Source: Camelus ferus
Lineage: Eukaryota
Length of the DNA stretch: 64,000 bases
Reading direction: 5' to 3'
Assembly: GCF_009834535.1 (NCBI RefSeq)
Contig: NC_045697.1
Coordinates: 108,998,001 to 109,062,000 of the forward strand
The notes beneath the pieces were generated by a model. The model searched no databases. It was not told the DNA's origin and saw only the letters and a program-made list of their open reading frames with translations. Positions 49,630 through 61,712 of this stretch are shown in pieces. The stretch's first letter is position 1, and each line of letters opens with the position of its first letter. A program made the translations under genes and the position numbers.

Positions 49630-51636
49630 GACAACCAGGAACGCCAGGTGCAGGAGCTGAGGCAGCTGCAGCGTCGGAAGGAGCTGGAGCAGAAGCGGCG
49701 TAGCTGGGCAGCTGGGGATCTTGGGTTTGGCCGGAGCAGCAGTGAGAATGATGTGGAGCTGCTGACCAAGAGGGGCGCCGAGGACCTGCCCCCTTTCCTG
49801 CACCCGAGGCCCATCAGCCCCTCTTACCGACCCCCCAACACACGCCGCTCCCGCCTCTCCCTGGGCATCTCTGCTGACAGGGAGCTGCTGACTTTCTTGG
49901 AGAACTCCACTGGCAGCCCCGAGGAGCTCAAGTTCAACAGCTTGCTCGGGAGCTGCCCCTGGCAGGCCCCGTCCCCAGCCGCCTGGATGGAGCCTGGAGA
50001 ACTGAGGGACCAGGACTCCAGCCAAGCACACAGACCTCTGGCCTCGGAGGGTGAGGAGGTAGCCCGCGACCCACCTTCGGCTTGGCAGAACCAGATCCTG
50101 CCCTCCCGGCCTGAGGCAGCTGCCTTCGCCTTACCACGAGTTCGACACAGCGTCCTCCGAAAGAGGAACAGTGAGCCGGTGGGCCTGGGTCCGAAACGGT
50201 CCCCTCCACTCTCGCCATTGGCTCTAGGGATTAAGGAGCATGAGCTGGTGACGGGGCTGGCCCAGTTCGACCTCCAGGCTCCCAAGGGCCCGGAGGAGAC
50301 GCCTCGGCTGACAGTGAATGACTTGAGCCCAATGGAGCTGGCACCTCTAAGGTTTGGAAGCCCGCAGTCTCTGGGTGACGGCAATGGCAGCCTGATGCCC
50401 GTGGACAGAGGTGTCCAGGAGGGTCCCAGTCCAGCCCTGGAGGTTGGCGGGGCTGCCTCTGATGAGCCCAGCAGTGCGGCTCAGGTGTCTGTGGGCAGCA
50501 GCGATCCTGAGAACAAAGATCCTGTGCCTCTGCTCTACATCTCGGACACCACCGACTGCTCACTGACCCTGGACTGCTCCGAGGGCACTGACTCCAGGCC
50601 GGAAGTGGGGGACCCGGGGGAGGGGGCCGACGGGGAGGGTTCTGTGTCCTCTGGGGCTGGGGAGGCGGGCGGCAGCCAGGTCTCCTCTAACCCCACTTGC
50701 AGCCCGCCCGGGGTGGCCCCGGCTCCCTGCTCCCTCTCTGGGAAGAGCGAGCCCGGCTGCAAGGGGGGCCTTGCCAGGGACAGACCCGCCAGAGGGAAGG
50801 ATGTGATGGCACCGAAGAGGAACTCGCTCAAAGGGGCGTCGGCGTCCCTGTCCTCAGGAGCCTCCAAGGCCGGGGCTGCCCCGCGGGGTGCCGGGGCGAT
50901 CAAGCCGGTGCGGGTGCTGACGGCCTCGGAGAACGAGAGCATGCGCAAGGTCGTGCCCATCTCGCGGGCCAGCCGCGCCCCCAGCTCTGGGAAGCAAGCC
51001 CCTCGCGAGACCCCCGGCGGCCTGGACGCACCTGCGCCCTTATCGCGGCGCAGCGCCTCCAGGGGCACCTCGGACGCTTCGCCTGGGAGGCCCTCTACGG
51101 GGGCCCGGCCTGGGAGGGAGCCCTCCTTGCTGCACAGGAGCTCCCTCAGGAAGCCCAGCGCCAAGCCTCTCCGCAGCGTCCTCCGGCCGAAGCCCGAGGA
51201 GGACAAGATCTGCCGCTCGAGCTCGCAGGTCCCCGAGAGCCCCGAAGAAGGGCCCCGGTCCCCGCCTGCCCCCAGGGTGCCCCGCAGCCCGGCCAGGGTC
51301 CCCAGCTTCGCCCGGAACACGGTCGCCTCCTCGTCTAGGTGCCTGAGGACTGGTTCCCCCACTGTGGCCAGAGCCCCTGGCCTCACCCGGACGATGTCGC
51401 AGCGGCAGCTGAGGGTGAAGAGTGGCCCTGAGGATGCCACGCCCAAGGACAGTGGCACCTTGCGGCGGGCCGGCAGCGCCCGCGGCCCCCGGAAGGGTCC
51501 AGAGTCAGACGAGGGCCCCGCGGCCAGCACCGAGGCCCGGCTGAAGGGCCGGGGGGCCGGAGAACGGGCCTCCCTCCGGCTCAAGGACGCCAACCGGGCA
51601 GCCCTGGGGAAAGTGCTCCATCCTGCAAGGAAGTGA
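49630..51636 (+). CDS. FHDC1: FHDC1 last coding exon: end of FH2 and 668-aa Ser/Pro/Arg-rich tail with the microtubule-binding region
   Basis: ctccttcag| acceptor in frame with the 779-aa ORF. DNQERQ...KRRSWAAG...PSFARNTVASS...GKVLHPARK*. Total spliced CDS is 3381 nt. Confidence 0.95.
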   Translation, partial: DNQERQVQELRQLQRRKELEQKRRSWAAGDLGFGRSSSENDVELLTKRGAEDLPPFLHPRPISPSYRPPNTRRSRLSLGISADRELLTFLENSTGSPEELKFNSLLGSCPWQAPSPAAWMEPGELRDQDSSQAHRPLASEGEEVARDPPSAWQNQILPSRPEAAAFALPRVRHSVLRKRNSEPVGLGPKRSPPLSPLALGIKEHELVTGLAQFDLQAPKGPEETPRLTVNDLSPMELAPLRFGSPQSLGDGNGSLMPVDRGVQEGPSPALEVGGAASDEPSSAAQVSVGSSDPENKDPVPLLYISDTTDCSLTLDCSEGTDSRPEVGDPGEGADGEGSVSSGAGEAGGSQVSSNPTCSPPGVAPAPCSLSGKSEPGCKGGLARDRPARGKDVMAPKRNSLKGASASLSSGASKAGAAPRGAGAIKPVRVLTASENESMRKVVPISRASRAPSSGKQAPRETPGGLDAPAPLSRRSASRGTSDASPGRPSTGARPGREPSLLHRSSLRKPSAKPLRSVLRPKPEEDKICRSSSQVPESPEEGPRSPPAPRVPRSPARVPSFARNTVASSSRCLRTGSPTVARAPGLTRTMSQRQLRVKSGPEDATPKDSGTLRRAGSARGPRKGPESDEGPAASTEARLKGRGAGERASLRLKDANRAALGKVLHPARK

Positions 51637-53324
51637 TGGGCATCTGTCCTCCCCTCTTGCTTCCTGGGGTTCAGATGACGAAGACTGAGTTCTGTGAAAG
51701 GCCAACACCGAATGTCTGTTCCACATGTCATCCACTGGGACCACCTGCAAATGCTGTGTCACCAAAGGTGCAGCCCTAGAGGCCAGGGCCCAACGCCCGT
51801 GGCACTGACTCCTGCTGCACCGACGTTCCCCAAGATGATGGACTGGCATGTCTGCACCCGGCCCACAGGTGGACCCAGAGAGCCCCGTCCCCTAAACAGA
51901 CCACAGAGACCCATGAACGACTCAGACAAGGAAGATGACATGCCTATGTAACGAGTGAAGATTTTGGGCCAGTTTTTATACATCAAAGACATTTTTTATA
52001 TTATAAAATCAAATGTTTTGTTTTAGTTGGTTCTTTTTGCAGCAGTGAAATGCCTCCCAGGGGAAAAATGATGAAGGTGTTTTTATCTTCTTGTGTTCCC
52101 TGGCCTCAGGGTTCCACCTGCCCACACACCGTCCATTGCTGGCAGCTGGACTTCTGCAAGCCCTTGGGTGTTCTGAGGTTGGCTCCATCTTATTGAAGTC
52201 TCTCTGCCTTGCTCGCCTCTCCCTGCTGACTTTGGTGAAGGTTTGCGTGTGAACAGGAGGGAGAATGAGACTGGTGGACAGAAATGGGGTGCTCCCGTGT
52301 TTTAGAGAGGCTCCCTGGGCAGTGGGACAGGCCTCCTCTGCAGATGAGTGGCAGCCCCTGGGAGAATGCTGGAGCTTCCAGAATTTAGAGGATGCCATGT
52401 TTTGATGGAAGATCATCAGACTGTTCAGCTGAGCACATCTTTCCGGTTCTGTGTTTTCTCACTTGAGTGTCTGTTGTGAAACTGAGTGAAGGCTGCTATG
52501 ACTTGTGTTCACTCTAGTTAAGGGAATAACAAGCCCTTCAATCTCCCAGTCTTTCTCCTTTACTAATGTGACCTGGAGCCTGGAGACAGTCTCTCTCTCT
52601 TTCTCAATAATACTGTTTAATGTTGATGCCTGTTCTTTGGTACAGTGGTTTTAAATCCTGAGAAAACCAGATCAAGTTTTCAAAAACAGAAAAGAAAAGA
52701 AAAGAAGTTGCTTTCAGAAGATTTTATATTCTCAGGAAATTTTGAAAAACAGTTAGGCTTCATTCAAAAGAAAGGGGAAAACAGTGCCATTTCTACCCAG
52801 TGCTGATTTCACTATTTCCCTCTGACTAATTGGGAAGTGGGGGAATTCTTGGCACTTTTTTGTTATTAAAAAATTGCTCCTCCCCCACTTTTTTTTTTTC
52901 CACTTTTGGTCACTTATCAGTGAAACTTTGTTTCAGATCTGATAGTGATAGATGGATTTCAGCAAATATAATGTATTTGTGATGAATCCATACGGTTGAT
53001 GTTACAGTCTTCCTCCTGTAGAGTGTTTGTTGCCTTCCATCCCAATTAATTGGAAACTCTGAGCTTCCAGTAAATCTGCTCAAGTGAAAAGATAAACTTT
53101 ATGGTTGAAGAAGTAAGGCACCTAACCACAAAACCTCTTGTAAAAATAGCCCTGAGAGGTATTTCCAGGGCTTCACAAAGCTGGTTATGAGAATCCTGAG
53201 CCATTTTTCATCATCTCAAAAAGCCTAAAATATCGTGTATTTAATCATACAGACAACAACATTAAAAACATAGGGCCTGCAAAAAAAAAAAAAAAAAAAG
53301 GTCAAAATGTGTGGATTTGTGGGT

Positions 53325-53490
53325 AGTGCCAGGGTTGAGACCCCTTGATGGGACCCTAGAAACCAGGGTCCTAGTCCCTGTTCCATCACTGATGCTGTGT
53401 GGCTTTGGCAAGTCACTCCCTCTCCTTTAATCCTGTTTCCTAGTCTGCAGAGGTGGGGGCATGGCCCTGATGATGGCCTTCAAGAGTCCT
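53325..53490 (+). mobile_element. MIR fragment inside the 3' UTR
   Basis: gggtcctagtccc...gctgtgtggctttggcaagtcactccctctc...gtttcctagtctgca. Confidence 0.6.
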
Positions 53491-53874
53491 GCTGACTCCA
53501 GGAATCCAAGTCATCATAAACACCCGAGGACCCATCTCTGCCTGGGATCAGCTTCCAGAACTAACCTCCAGCATCTCCACGGTAGAGGTCTCACACAAAG
53601 GCCTGCTTAGAAGAAAGCACCTTCAGAATGAGTTGTTGCTTTGAAATCTAATAAGCTGAGGTTCCTAAGAAGTGGTGTTTTGCTTAGCCCTGTGGACAAC
53701 TTGTATGCATCTGTGTGAGCAGGTGATCATTCTATTACCTTTTATTGGTAGTAAGCTTGGAAAAATAATTTAAGTGTATAATGCAGAAATGTAAATAAGT
53801 TTCTATATAAATTTAAGATGAACTGAATGTATTTAAAGGTCCATTTATATGTTCTTTTATGTAACGTGTAGTTT

Positions 53875-53880
53875 AATAAA
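53875..53880 (+). terminator. Polyadenylation signal AATAAA of FHDC1
   Basis: Canonical hexamer preceded by several TGTA elements and followed by GT/T-rich sequence. Confidence 0.8.
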
Positions 53881-56384
53881 GTTCCTGTTTATGGGATTGG
53901 TGTCTTATCCTCGCTGCTTCTGTTGGGGTGTGCGCGTGATCCTGGCGGGTGAGGATGTCATCTCCTGCACAGCGAGAAGGCGGGATGCAGGAGTTGCCAG
54001 AGGGTTGGGACAGAGCAGTCCTATCATCAAAAGGCTCACTGAGCCAAAATTAGGCTGTTGATGTGTGTCTTCTTGGTAGCGCAGTACCTGCAGTTAACTG
54101 AGGGCCTGGGGAGCGGGCCTCGCGCCAGACCTGCGGGGATGCGGGCATGCACCAGGCACGCAGGCCGCGGATGGAATGTTCAGCACCCGTACTCGCTCAC
54201 GTTATTCCATGTTGTGGGCCAAGCTTTGCGTAATCTCCGTGGGGCCGGCAAGTCTGGATCTGCTCCTGGGTGTCCTCATGTGTTTTGGCTCAGGACACTG
54301 TTGGGAAATCACAGCTCACCTCTGTGGTTGCCTCAGGAATGAGCAGAGAGGGAGGGAGGCAGGCTCTGATTTGAAACCCACTGTTGGTGCTTCTTTGAAA
54401 AGAAAGACCTCATATCCTGGGGTTTCTTATCAAGTTTTAGTCCTAGCTGCTCTCTCAATCTGTCTGACAGTAGATTAGAGGAAGATCCTGGGCTCAGGCA
54501 CCCACGGATGAGAGAGTAGATGGTGTTGTGAGTTGCTGCCCTGGGGACATTTGTAGCCTGGTTTTGCCTGGGTTGTAAGCAGTTTGGGATGCTGGACCCC
54601 CTCCCTATGTCGTCAACTCTGTAGTACTAGGGGTTACAGACATAAACCTAAAGCAAGGCTTTTTATTTTCACAGTGGGTCTCAAGGAGTTTTATTTTTAC
54701 CCTCTTATTTTATGGCTTTCACAAGGAGCCTGTGTTCTAGTCTTCCTCCTGAAAATACACGTTGGATTTAAAGGGGCCACAGTTTCTTAATTGTTCATTC
54801 AAGAGTCTGCAAATTTATGTATTCCAGAAAGAGGCTCCAGAATGGTTCAGTGAAACTATTCATTCAGGCTTCCAAGGTGCACAGGTTCACCAACTTCTGC
54901 CTCTACCTCTTCTTATCTGGCAATGATGATATTTTGCAATTTCACAGAATTTTCTATTGAAACTTAAACTTTATTCTTAATTCTTCATTGTACCTTTGCT
55001 TCATGCTTCAGTCCTACCAAAAAAAATTTTTTCAGTGTGTGTTCTTGAACACATACAAGCATTAAACATATAAACCAAATTTGAATGAGACATTGCATCT
55101 GGTCACTCGCTGAGTACTTCTTAAAATTCTCTGGGCTGTGAGCACAAACAAAATGGGTGACTGTGGGTCTGCAGTCATCCTACTCAGCATCCAAGGAGCA
55201 ACTGTGCATAGCTTAGACTGAATCCGGGACAGACTTGAAAACATAACCCAGAGCAAGCTCTCCGGGGGGTGTTTTCATCTGCAGATACCTTCCAGTAAAA
55301 TGTCCTATGGCTCACTGGTTTGCCTCAATGAAGATAAAGGTAACATTACTATGGTTTAAGAAAGTGGCTTTTCTTCTAGGTCAGAGCCCGCAATCAGGTT
55401 TTGGCTCCCTGGCCGGCAGCTGGGAGAATTGGACCCCACTGCAGTGGGGGTCACTGCCCCAAGCAGCACTCACAATCTCCTTATTCACGATTCCTTGACC
55501 GAGAGCCCACCAGGAGTCTGGCACGACCTGACCATCAGCCTATGGACTGACGGTGGCTCAGCCTGTCGATGGGACGCTGCTTGAGGGACTCTGAAGTGCA
55601 TTCATACCAGGCCTCTGGAATCAGGGCTTGGGCTTTGTCCACAGCCTCTTTGGAAACATTCAAAGGCTGAGTCATACAGGCAGTCCCTACCTCATAAGCA
55701 GGTGATGCGCCCCATGTTTGCTCACAGCTATATTCAAGGAATTCAGAATGCACATCCCCAGAGCAGCCATGTCATGCATTGTAGCTAGGTTTCTAGGACA
55801 GCCCGTTAGAAACCTCTTTAACCCTTCTATGTGCAGACTGTGGCACTGACATTTCTATAGAAGAGAACCTCACCTGTAGCAGTGCTCCGCAAGGAAAACA
55901 CCAGGGTGCCAAGAACATGCCTCCCCTACTTCGTGGCATCGAGTAGAAGTTAAGGCACCACCACTGAGGTCAGGGGTCGTGTTCACTCTACACTGCCAGC
56001 GAGGAGAAATCCTCTCCACTCTTGGGTCAGACACAGGAGCTCCATCTCCTAGGCCAACACCAGTAAATATGATATGGGCCCTTTCTCTTTGGGAGACGAC
56101 CTTATCTTCCTGACAGCACACTGGCCCAGAAAGGTGAGAGCCCTGCGCTTTCAAGGCTGGATTCAGCCACACTCCCCTTCATCCTGATAGCCAGTGAAAG
56201 GGGGGCGGGGCTAGTTGGGAAGGCCAACTGCATGGCCAGGGCCAGGTCTTCTGAGGCAAGGGCAGCCAGCAGTGGGGCCAGTGGGCCACTTCCGTGAGAG
56301 CCCAGTGTTTGCTGTGGGTGGTGAGCTCTCCATGACAGTGACAGTGTCAGAGCACCAGTGGCACCCACTTTCCATGGGGTTGAG

Positions 56385-56536
56385 TGCTTCAGTATGCAAC
56401 AGGACACCCAGGGCTGGTGGGGGATGCTGGGTCCCACCCCAGACCTACAAGTCGGAATCTTTCTGCTGGGACCCCCAGATTTGCATGAAACAACTCCCCA
56501 GTGATTCATTTTTCACCCTGCTGTTGAGAACCAGTG
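56385..56536. mobile_element. MER5A-like hAT fossil
   Basis: tgctgggtcccaccccagaccta...atttgcat...caactccccagtgattc...ttgagaaccagtg. Confidence 0.68.
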
Positions 56537-59479
56537 GGCTGGAGAGAGGGCAGAGGCTAGGTTCTGATGCAGGGCTCATGAGTTGTCTTCTGGGCTGGCC
56601 TCCTCTCCGAGCCTCCACCAGCCAATGCAGGTATTTCTCCCCCAGGCAGATGATGCAGAAGCATTCACTCTGAGCTCAGTGCCTGGCTGGGGGGAGAGCT
56701 GCCTCTGGGCCCGAGGAAGTGGTCAAATTTGGATCTTGCTATAGAAGCACCTCCACTGGCATGCTTGGCTCCTCCTTTGAGTCTGGAGCTCTCAGTAACG
56801 CAGCACCCAAGCATCTGGAACAGTGGCTCCAGGGGAACAGAGGCTGTGACACTTCACTCAAGTCTCGCAATGGCTACCTTTCAGGTCAGTGAAGTAATTC
56901 GCGAGAAGTGCTGAGCAATGCCACACCCATCTGAGTGCCCGGGGTGATTTTTGTCAGCAAAACTGCTCTTTGGAGCCCTGCTCCCTGGGCCTCTTGGGTT
57001 CTGGAGTTTTCCACCGGCTTCACGAGCGTCACTTCAACTCTGTTCTTGGGAGCTTTGCCTAGTGGCCGCCGCGGTTCCCTCTCCCGCTGAGCGCTGGGGC
57101 CGGGCGGGCGCATCTGCGCTGACCTCACCGGTTAGAAAGGGGGTGGGGCAGCTCTCCAGGGTGCTGACTCAGTGCGGGCGGGAGCCGGCGCCCTCACGCG
57201 AGGCCTGCAGAGCTCCGGCACTCAGCCCCCTTCATCCTGTTTTAGGATGTAGAAGCCCTCCCTGGAAGGAGCACTGCGCCTGGGGTTCTTTCCAAACCTG
57301 TCAGCCCAGAATAATTTACTTTTCACCACTCAGTGATGTAAACAGCTTCCCATCGGACCGGGGAAACTGCTGAGGATCTGGACAGTCTGACCACTTCCAG
57401 GGGCACCATTCTGCCAGGTGGAGGAGTGCAGGAGAGGGGACTGAACTATATTTGGATTAAAATGATGGTTCAGCTTTGGAAAGAACAGTGCCTCTATTCA
57501 GCTGTGGCTGAGTGGAGACGTCAGCCTCACTGGTCAGCTGTATTTTCTTCTTTCCCAAGGCACCAGCGGTTCCCACCAGCTGATTCATCTCCAGGGAGGA
57601 GAGGGAAGAGGTGGGCTGCCTGCAGGGCAGGCTTCTTGCCACTGCTGAGAGACAGCAGAACAGCCTCTCCACCCCCACAGGGCCTCCTACTCCCAGTTAA
57701 GGTTTGAATACAACAGAAATAGGAGTCACCAGATAGGCACCTGGATAAGGTGTCTGCAGCTCTCAGCCCTTTCCCGAGCTTTTCATAACCAGATCATAAT
57801 GGGCTGAACTCTGACTGGTGCTTTTCTCCCAAGAACCTTGCAGCTTTGCAGACAGTTACTCACTACACACCCACTGTCCCAGCGACCCAGTGGGAGAAGA
57901 AATTTGTCATTTCCACTCTTTGGTGGAAGAATTCCTTCTGGGAGAGAGGTAGAAGGAGAGCCCATGAGCAGTAGTGCCACACGGCTACCCAAGGCACCAT
58001 CTTTGGCCACATTCATGGGGTAACAATACGCGATGTGATATCCAGCTGGTTGGTCCACATTTGAACGCTGCCGCCAGCCCTGGGACACCTTTCAGGAGGA
58101 AACTTGATGAGCTGGAGTATGATGGAGGAGAATGACAGAGACAGCTGAGGTTTTGGGTGCCAGGCTTGAGGATGAGGACATCCAGACTTTAAACTGAAAA
58201 AAAGCAACACTAAGAACCTGGTGGTGGAATCAATCTTATTCTGTGTCATTTCAAAGCAAAATGAAGATGAGTCTTCATTCAAGTACAGGAGGAGCTCACA
58301 CTGAAGCTGCTTGTCCCCCTTCCTGGGCTGGAGGCCCCTCAAGTCCCTTCCACCTGGAAGACTCCAAGCATGTGAAATGGCTTCCCCAGATTCAGTTGCT
58401 GAGTTGACCCAGTAACCCCTGAAAGCCACTTTTCCCTCAAAGGTGTCACCTCCTGGGAGGACCAGCTGTACCTTAATAGGTTACAAGAAGAAGCTTCATG
58501 ACAGTCATCCTTGTCCTTGAACCAAAAACCATTTGTGGAGGGTCTTCTGGGGGTGGGGTCTCCTGGGGATGGGGCCCTCTGTTGCCATGGGCAGCCTCTG
58601 CTCTTTCCTCTTGGATTTGTCCGTAGGGCAGCTCTCAGAAATGCAAGGACAGTCACCTTATGACAGATGCTCAGTGAGAGTTCAAGGAAAGCTTGTGATT
58701 CTGGAAAGTTCTGAGTCTTGCAGGGATTCTAAAACAGAGCACTCAAGCCTTTGTCGTCCAGTGGCTCCTCAGAAGCCCAGCCACCTCCAAGTCCAGATCA
58801 CATACTTCTCTCCTCCTCTGATCCTTTTCTTAGGAAATCGATCGTTCCCTCCCCTGAACTCTCAGAGCACTTGGAGCTAGAACACTGATCCCCACCTGCC
58901 ATGTAGAACAGTTGGTTGTGTTTGACTCCTGAACTAGGGGTGAGTGCATGTCAAGTGGAGATTAGGGTGAGTCTTCACCCGTGGAGCCCTCCGGGACCTG
59001 GCTTGGGCCGGCACTAAGTATGTGCTCAGTGCGCATGCGTGGGTAGATGAACTCGAATGGGTGATGGGAAGACTCATGGTCCCGCGATTAAGGACCACTG
59101 CCGGGATCGCTCCCTCACTGGGAAGGTCTTTGCTTTTGCCTGGTAAGGCACCCAGGACCCCCAGCTGAAGGACCCATGGAGGGAGCAAAGGGCTTCTGGG
59201 AGAGGAGGGCCATGAGAGGCCAGAGAAGGGACAAGAACAAAGATAAAGACAGTGCTGGGTGCCCCAGGCACTGGGTCTACGCTTCACATTAAGAGCAAGG
59301 GAACCTCGTGGCCACCTCACAAACCCTCAGGCCTGTTGGAAGAAGCTGGACACCCCTCAGCCACCGGGCATTTCACATACGACCCTCACATCCTTGATTT
59401 GCTCAGGTGCTGGCACATTTCCAGGGATGCTGGGGAGATAGACACAGCTAGGAGCCTGCCCTCCACCAGCAACTAGGCT

Positions 59480-59625
59480 ATTGCCACTGGGTCATTTTAT
59501 TAGCTGTGTGACTTTGGGCAAATGGCTTAACACCTCTGCTTGGAAATCACAGCCCTATGTAACTTGAGAGCAGTTAAGAGAGTTAAATGACTGAATATGT
59601 TGGACCGTATAAGTGTTTACCATCA
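59480..59625 (+). mobile_element. MIR fragment
   Basis: tattagctgtgtgactttgggcaaatggcttaac. Confidence 0.6.
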
Positions 59626-60659
59626 TCACTGTTCTGGGTCAGAGCCCACACCTGGCAGCTTCTCGGGGGCCCAGTGATGGGAGATAGCTCACTTGAAGGC
59701 CTAGAGACCTACGGGCCTCAGGCAGGGGGTCCAGCAGGTTCCACGGCTACCTGCTGTCTTGGTGCACTGGGTCCTCCCCTGGACTCTGTCCCTATCTGGC
59801 TGTGTGACCTTCGGCAGGTCTATGAACCCAGCTTTGCATCTACTCCTGCTTCCTCCTGCAGCAGAGTAGGCAGGGCAGGGCTCCATGACACATGCTTGCA
59901 CATAACTAGGCAGGTTCCGTCTAATTTATTGGATCTATAAAATGCATCTGCTTCCAAGACCCATGATCTCATCCTCCAGGCCAAAGTCTTCAGGGGATTC
60001 CCTCCAACCCAGGACTCCTGGTGTCCTTCTTCCGGGAAAATGTTCACCCAACATGTATATGGAGGGAAGATGCTCTTGACAGCAGGAGGCTCCTTGTTGC
60101 TTCAGGGAGAAGCCAGGGGAACACACTGTGCCTGGAGTCTCCCTCAAGGCCAATGAAACTCAGCAGGAACATGAGGAATGGCAGGCTCTGTCTCCAAGGC
60201 CCAGCACACCCCTTCCTTCCTGACTCTGCTGTGGGACCACCTGAGACCCCGTCTGCCTAAGAGGGTGTGTCCTTTGCCCACTGACACCTGCCACCCTGGC
60301 TGCAAGGAGAACAGTCAGACAAAGGAGGTCACCCAGTTCTGGGGAAAGAGCAGAGGCCTGGACTTCCTGAGTCCTCCTCATCCTGCCCTAGGTGACCCAG
60401 CTTACACATCCTCTCTATATGTCTGTTTCCTCATTCCTCCAGGGAAGCTGGGGGGTCATGCCCTCCCACTTCCCATCAGGGTTGATGTTCGTTCTATGTT
60501 TATAATGGTAGGGTTCTTGGCAAGTGTGTGAGGGATGCTGAGGCCACACTGTAGCCCAGCCCTTCTGCTCCACTCACATCTTGCACTAGGGGCCTCACCC
60601 ATCCTCCCAGAAGGGGCTCAAAGAGCACACCCATTGCTGGCCTTTCTGGGGACCTGTGA

Positions 60660-60855
60660 CAGTGTGGGTTATGAAGATGAACAGACCTGGTTCAAATCCC
60701 AACTCTGCTAACTGATTACCATGGGGAAATCAAGTTACCATCTGGGTCTCAGTTTCTCATCTGTAAAAGGGAGAAATCATGCCCACTTCTTGAGGTTGTT
60801 ATTAAAATGGGTGATATATTCTGGTGCATAAAAGGGGCTTAAAAAATAGTAATCA
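60660..60855 (+). mobile_element. MIR
   Basis: agacctggttcaaatcccaactctgc...ctcagtttctcatctgtaaaaggg. Confidence 0.7.
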
Positions 60856-61514
60856 GGATTACTGGGGAAGTCTGTTCTGTGAATGTTTTCCTGTTTGCTT
60901 AATGACAGTTGGCCTGGGCCCTATTTTCTGATGGGCACTCGTGTGACAAAAACAATGGGTGGTCCCATAGGCTTTTAACCATCTTTCATCACAAACATAC
61001 AACCACAAGGTAAAAGAACTGCACCTTATCATCTGGCTCCAAAGGAATTTCTAAAAGAGGAATTCTAAGAGTGAATGGAGCATACCAGACCACTGTTTCT
61101 CAGGTGTGGCTCCAGAATTCGATTGTTTCCCACAATCCCATTCATCTTTAAGGCTCAGAGGTTTGTCACCACTGGGACCTCTTAGAGGAAAATGCCGGCA
61201 TCTCATCCCAGGTGCCTCAAACCTGGGTCATCCCAACAGGGCACAGGTGACTCAGCAAAGAGCCGCAGCCCGTTGCATGAGGCCTGTGGATGTCAGATGG
61301 TGCGGGACAAGCCGGGAGCCAGCCGGGGCCCTGGACGAGCAGCCGGGTTTCTGCTGACACTCTGTGAGACTCCAAGACAAAGCAATTGCTTAGTTCTCTT
61401 GGTGCCTCAGTAGCCCCCAGGCTGGGAATATTGCCTGTCACCCGCCTCTCTCTCTAGAGAACAGTGAGGGTAAACACACTAATATTTTAAAGGGGCTATC
61501 TTTAAAAAAAAAAA

Positions 61515-61712
61515 GGCGGGGGAAGCGGGTATAGCTCAGTGGTAGAGTGGGTTCAATACCCAGTACCTCCTGGGTTCAATATCCAGTACCTCCGTTAAAA
61601 AAGTAAATATAAATACATAGAATTTTTTAAAAGTAAATAAATAAAAATAAACCTAATTACTCCCCCCCAAAAGACAATGTAAAGTGAAAAAAATAACTTA
61701 AAAAATAAAATA
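61515..61712 (+). mobile_element. Internally rearranged Vic-1-like SINE
   Basis: A box intact, anticodon-arm segment missing, and a 23-nt B-box unit present twice (61548-61570, 61571-61593). Confidence 0.88.

Larger units (their letters stand above)
51637..53900 (+). other. FHDC1: FHDC1 3' UTR (~2.26 kb)
   Basis: Runs from the stop codon to an AU-rich terminus with AATAAA. Cleavage site approximate. Confidence 0.75.

Noticed and set aside
50535..51731. 398-aa minus-strand ORF (and the 213-aa alternative-frame ORF at 50697)
   Set aside because: Shadow frames of the very GC-rich last FHDC1 exon. Low-complexity translation with no recognisable domain.
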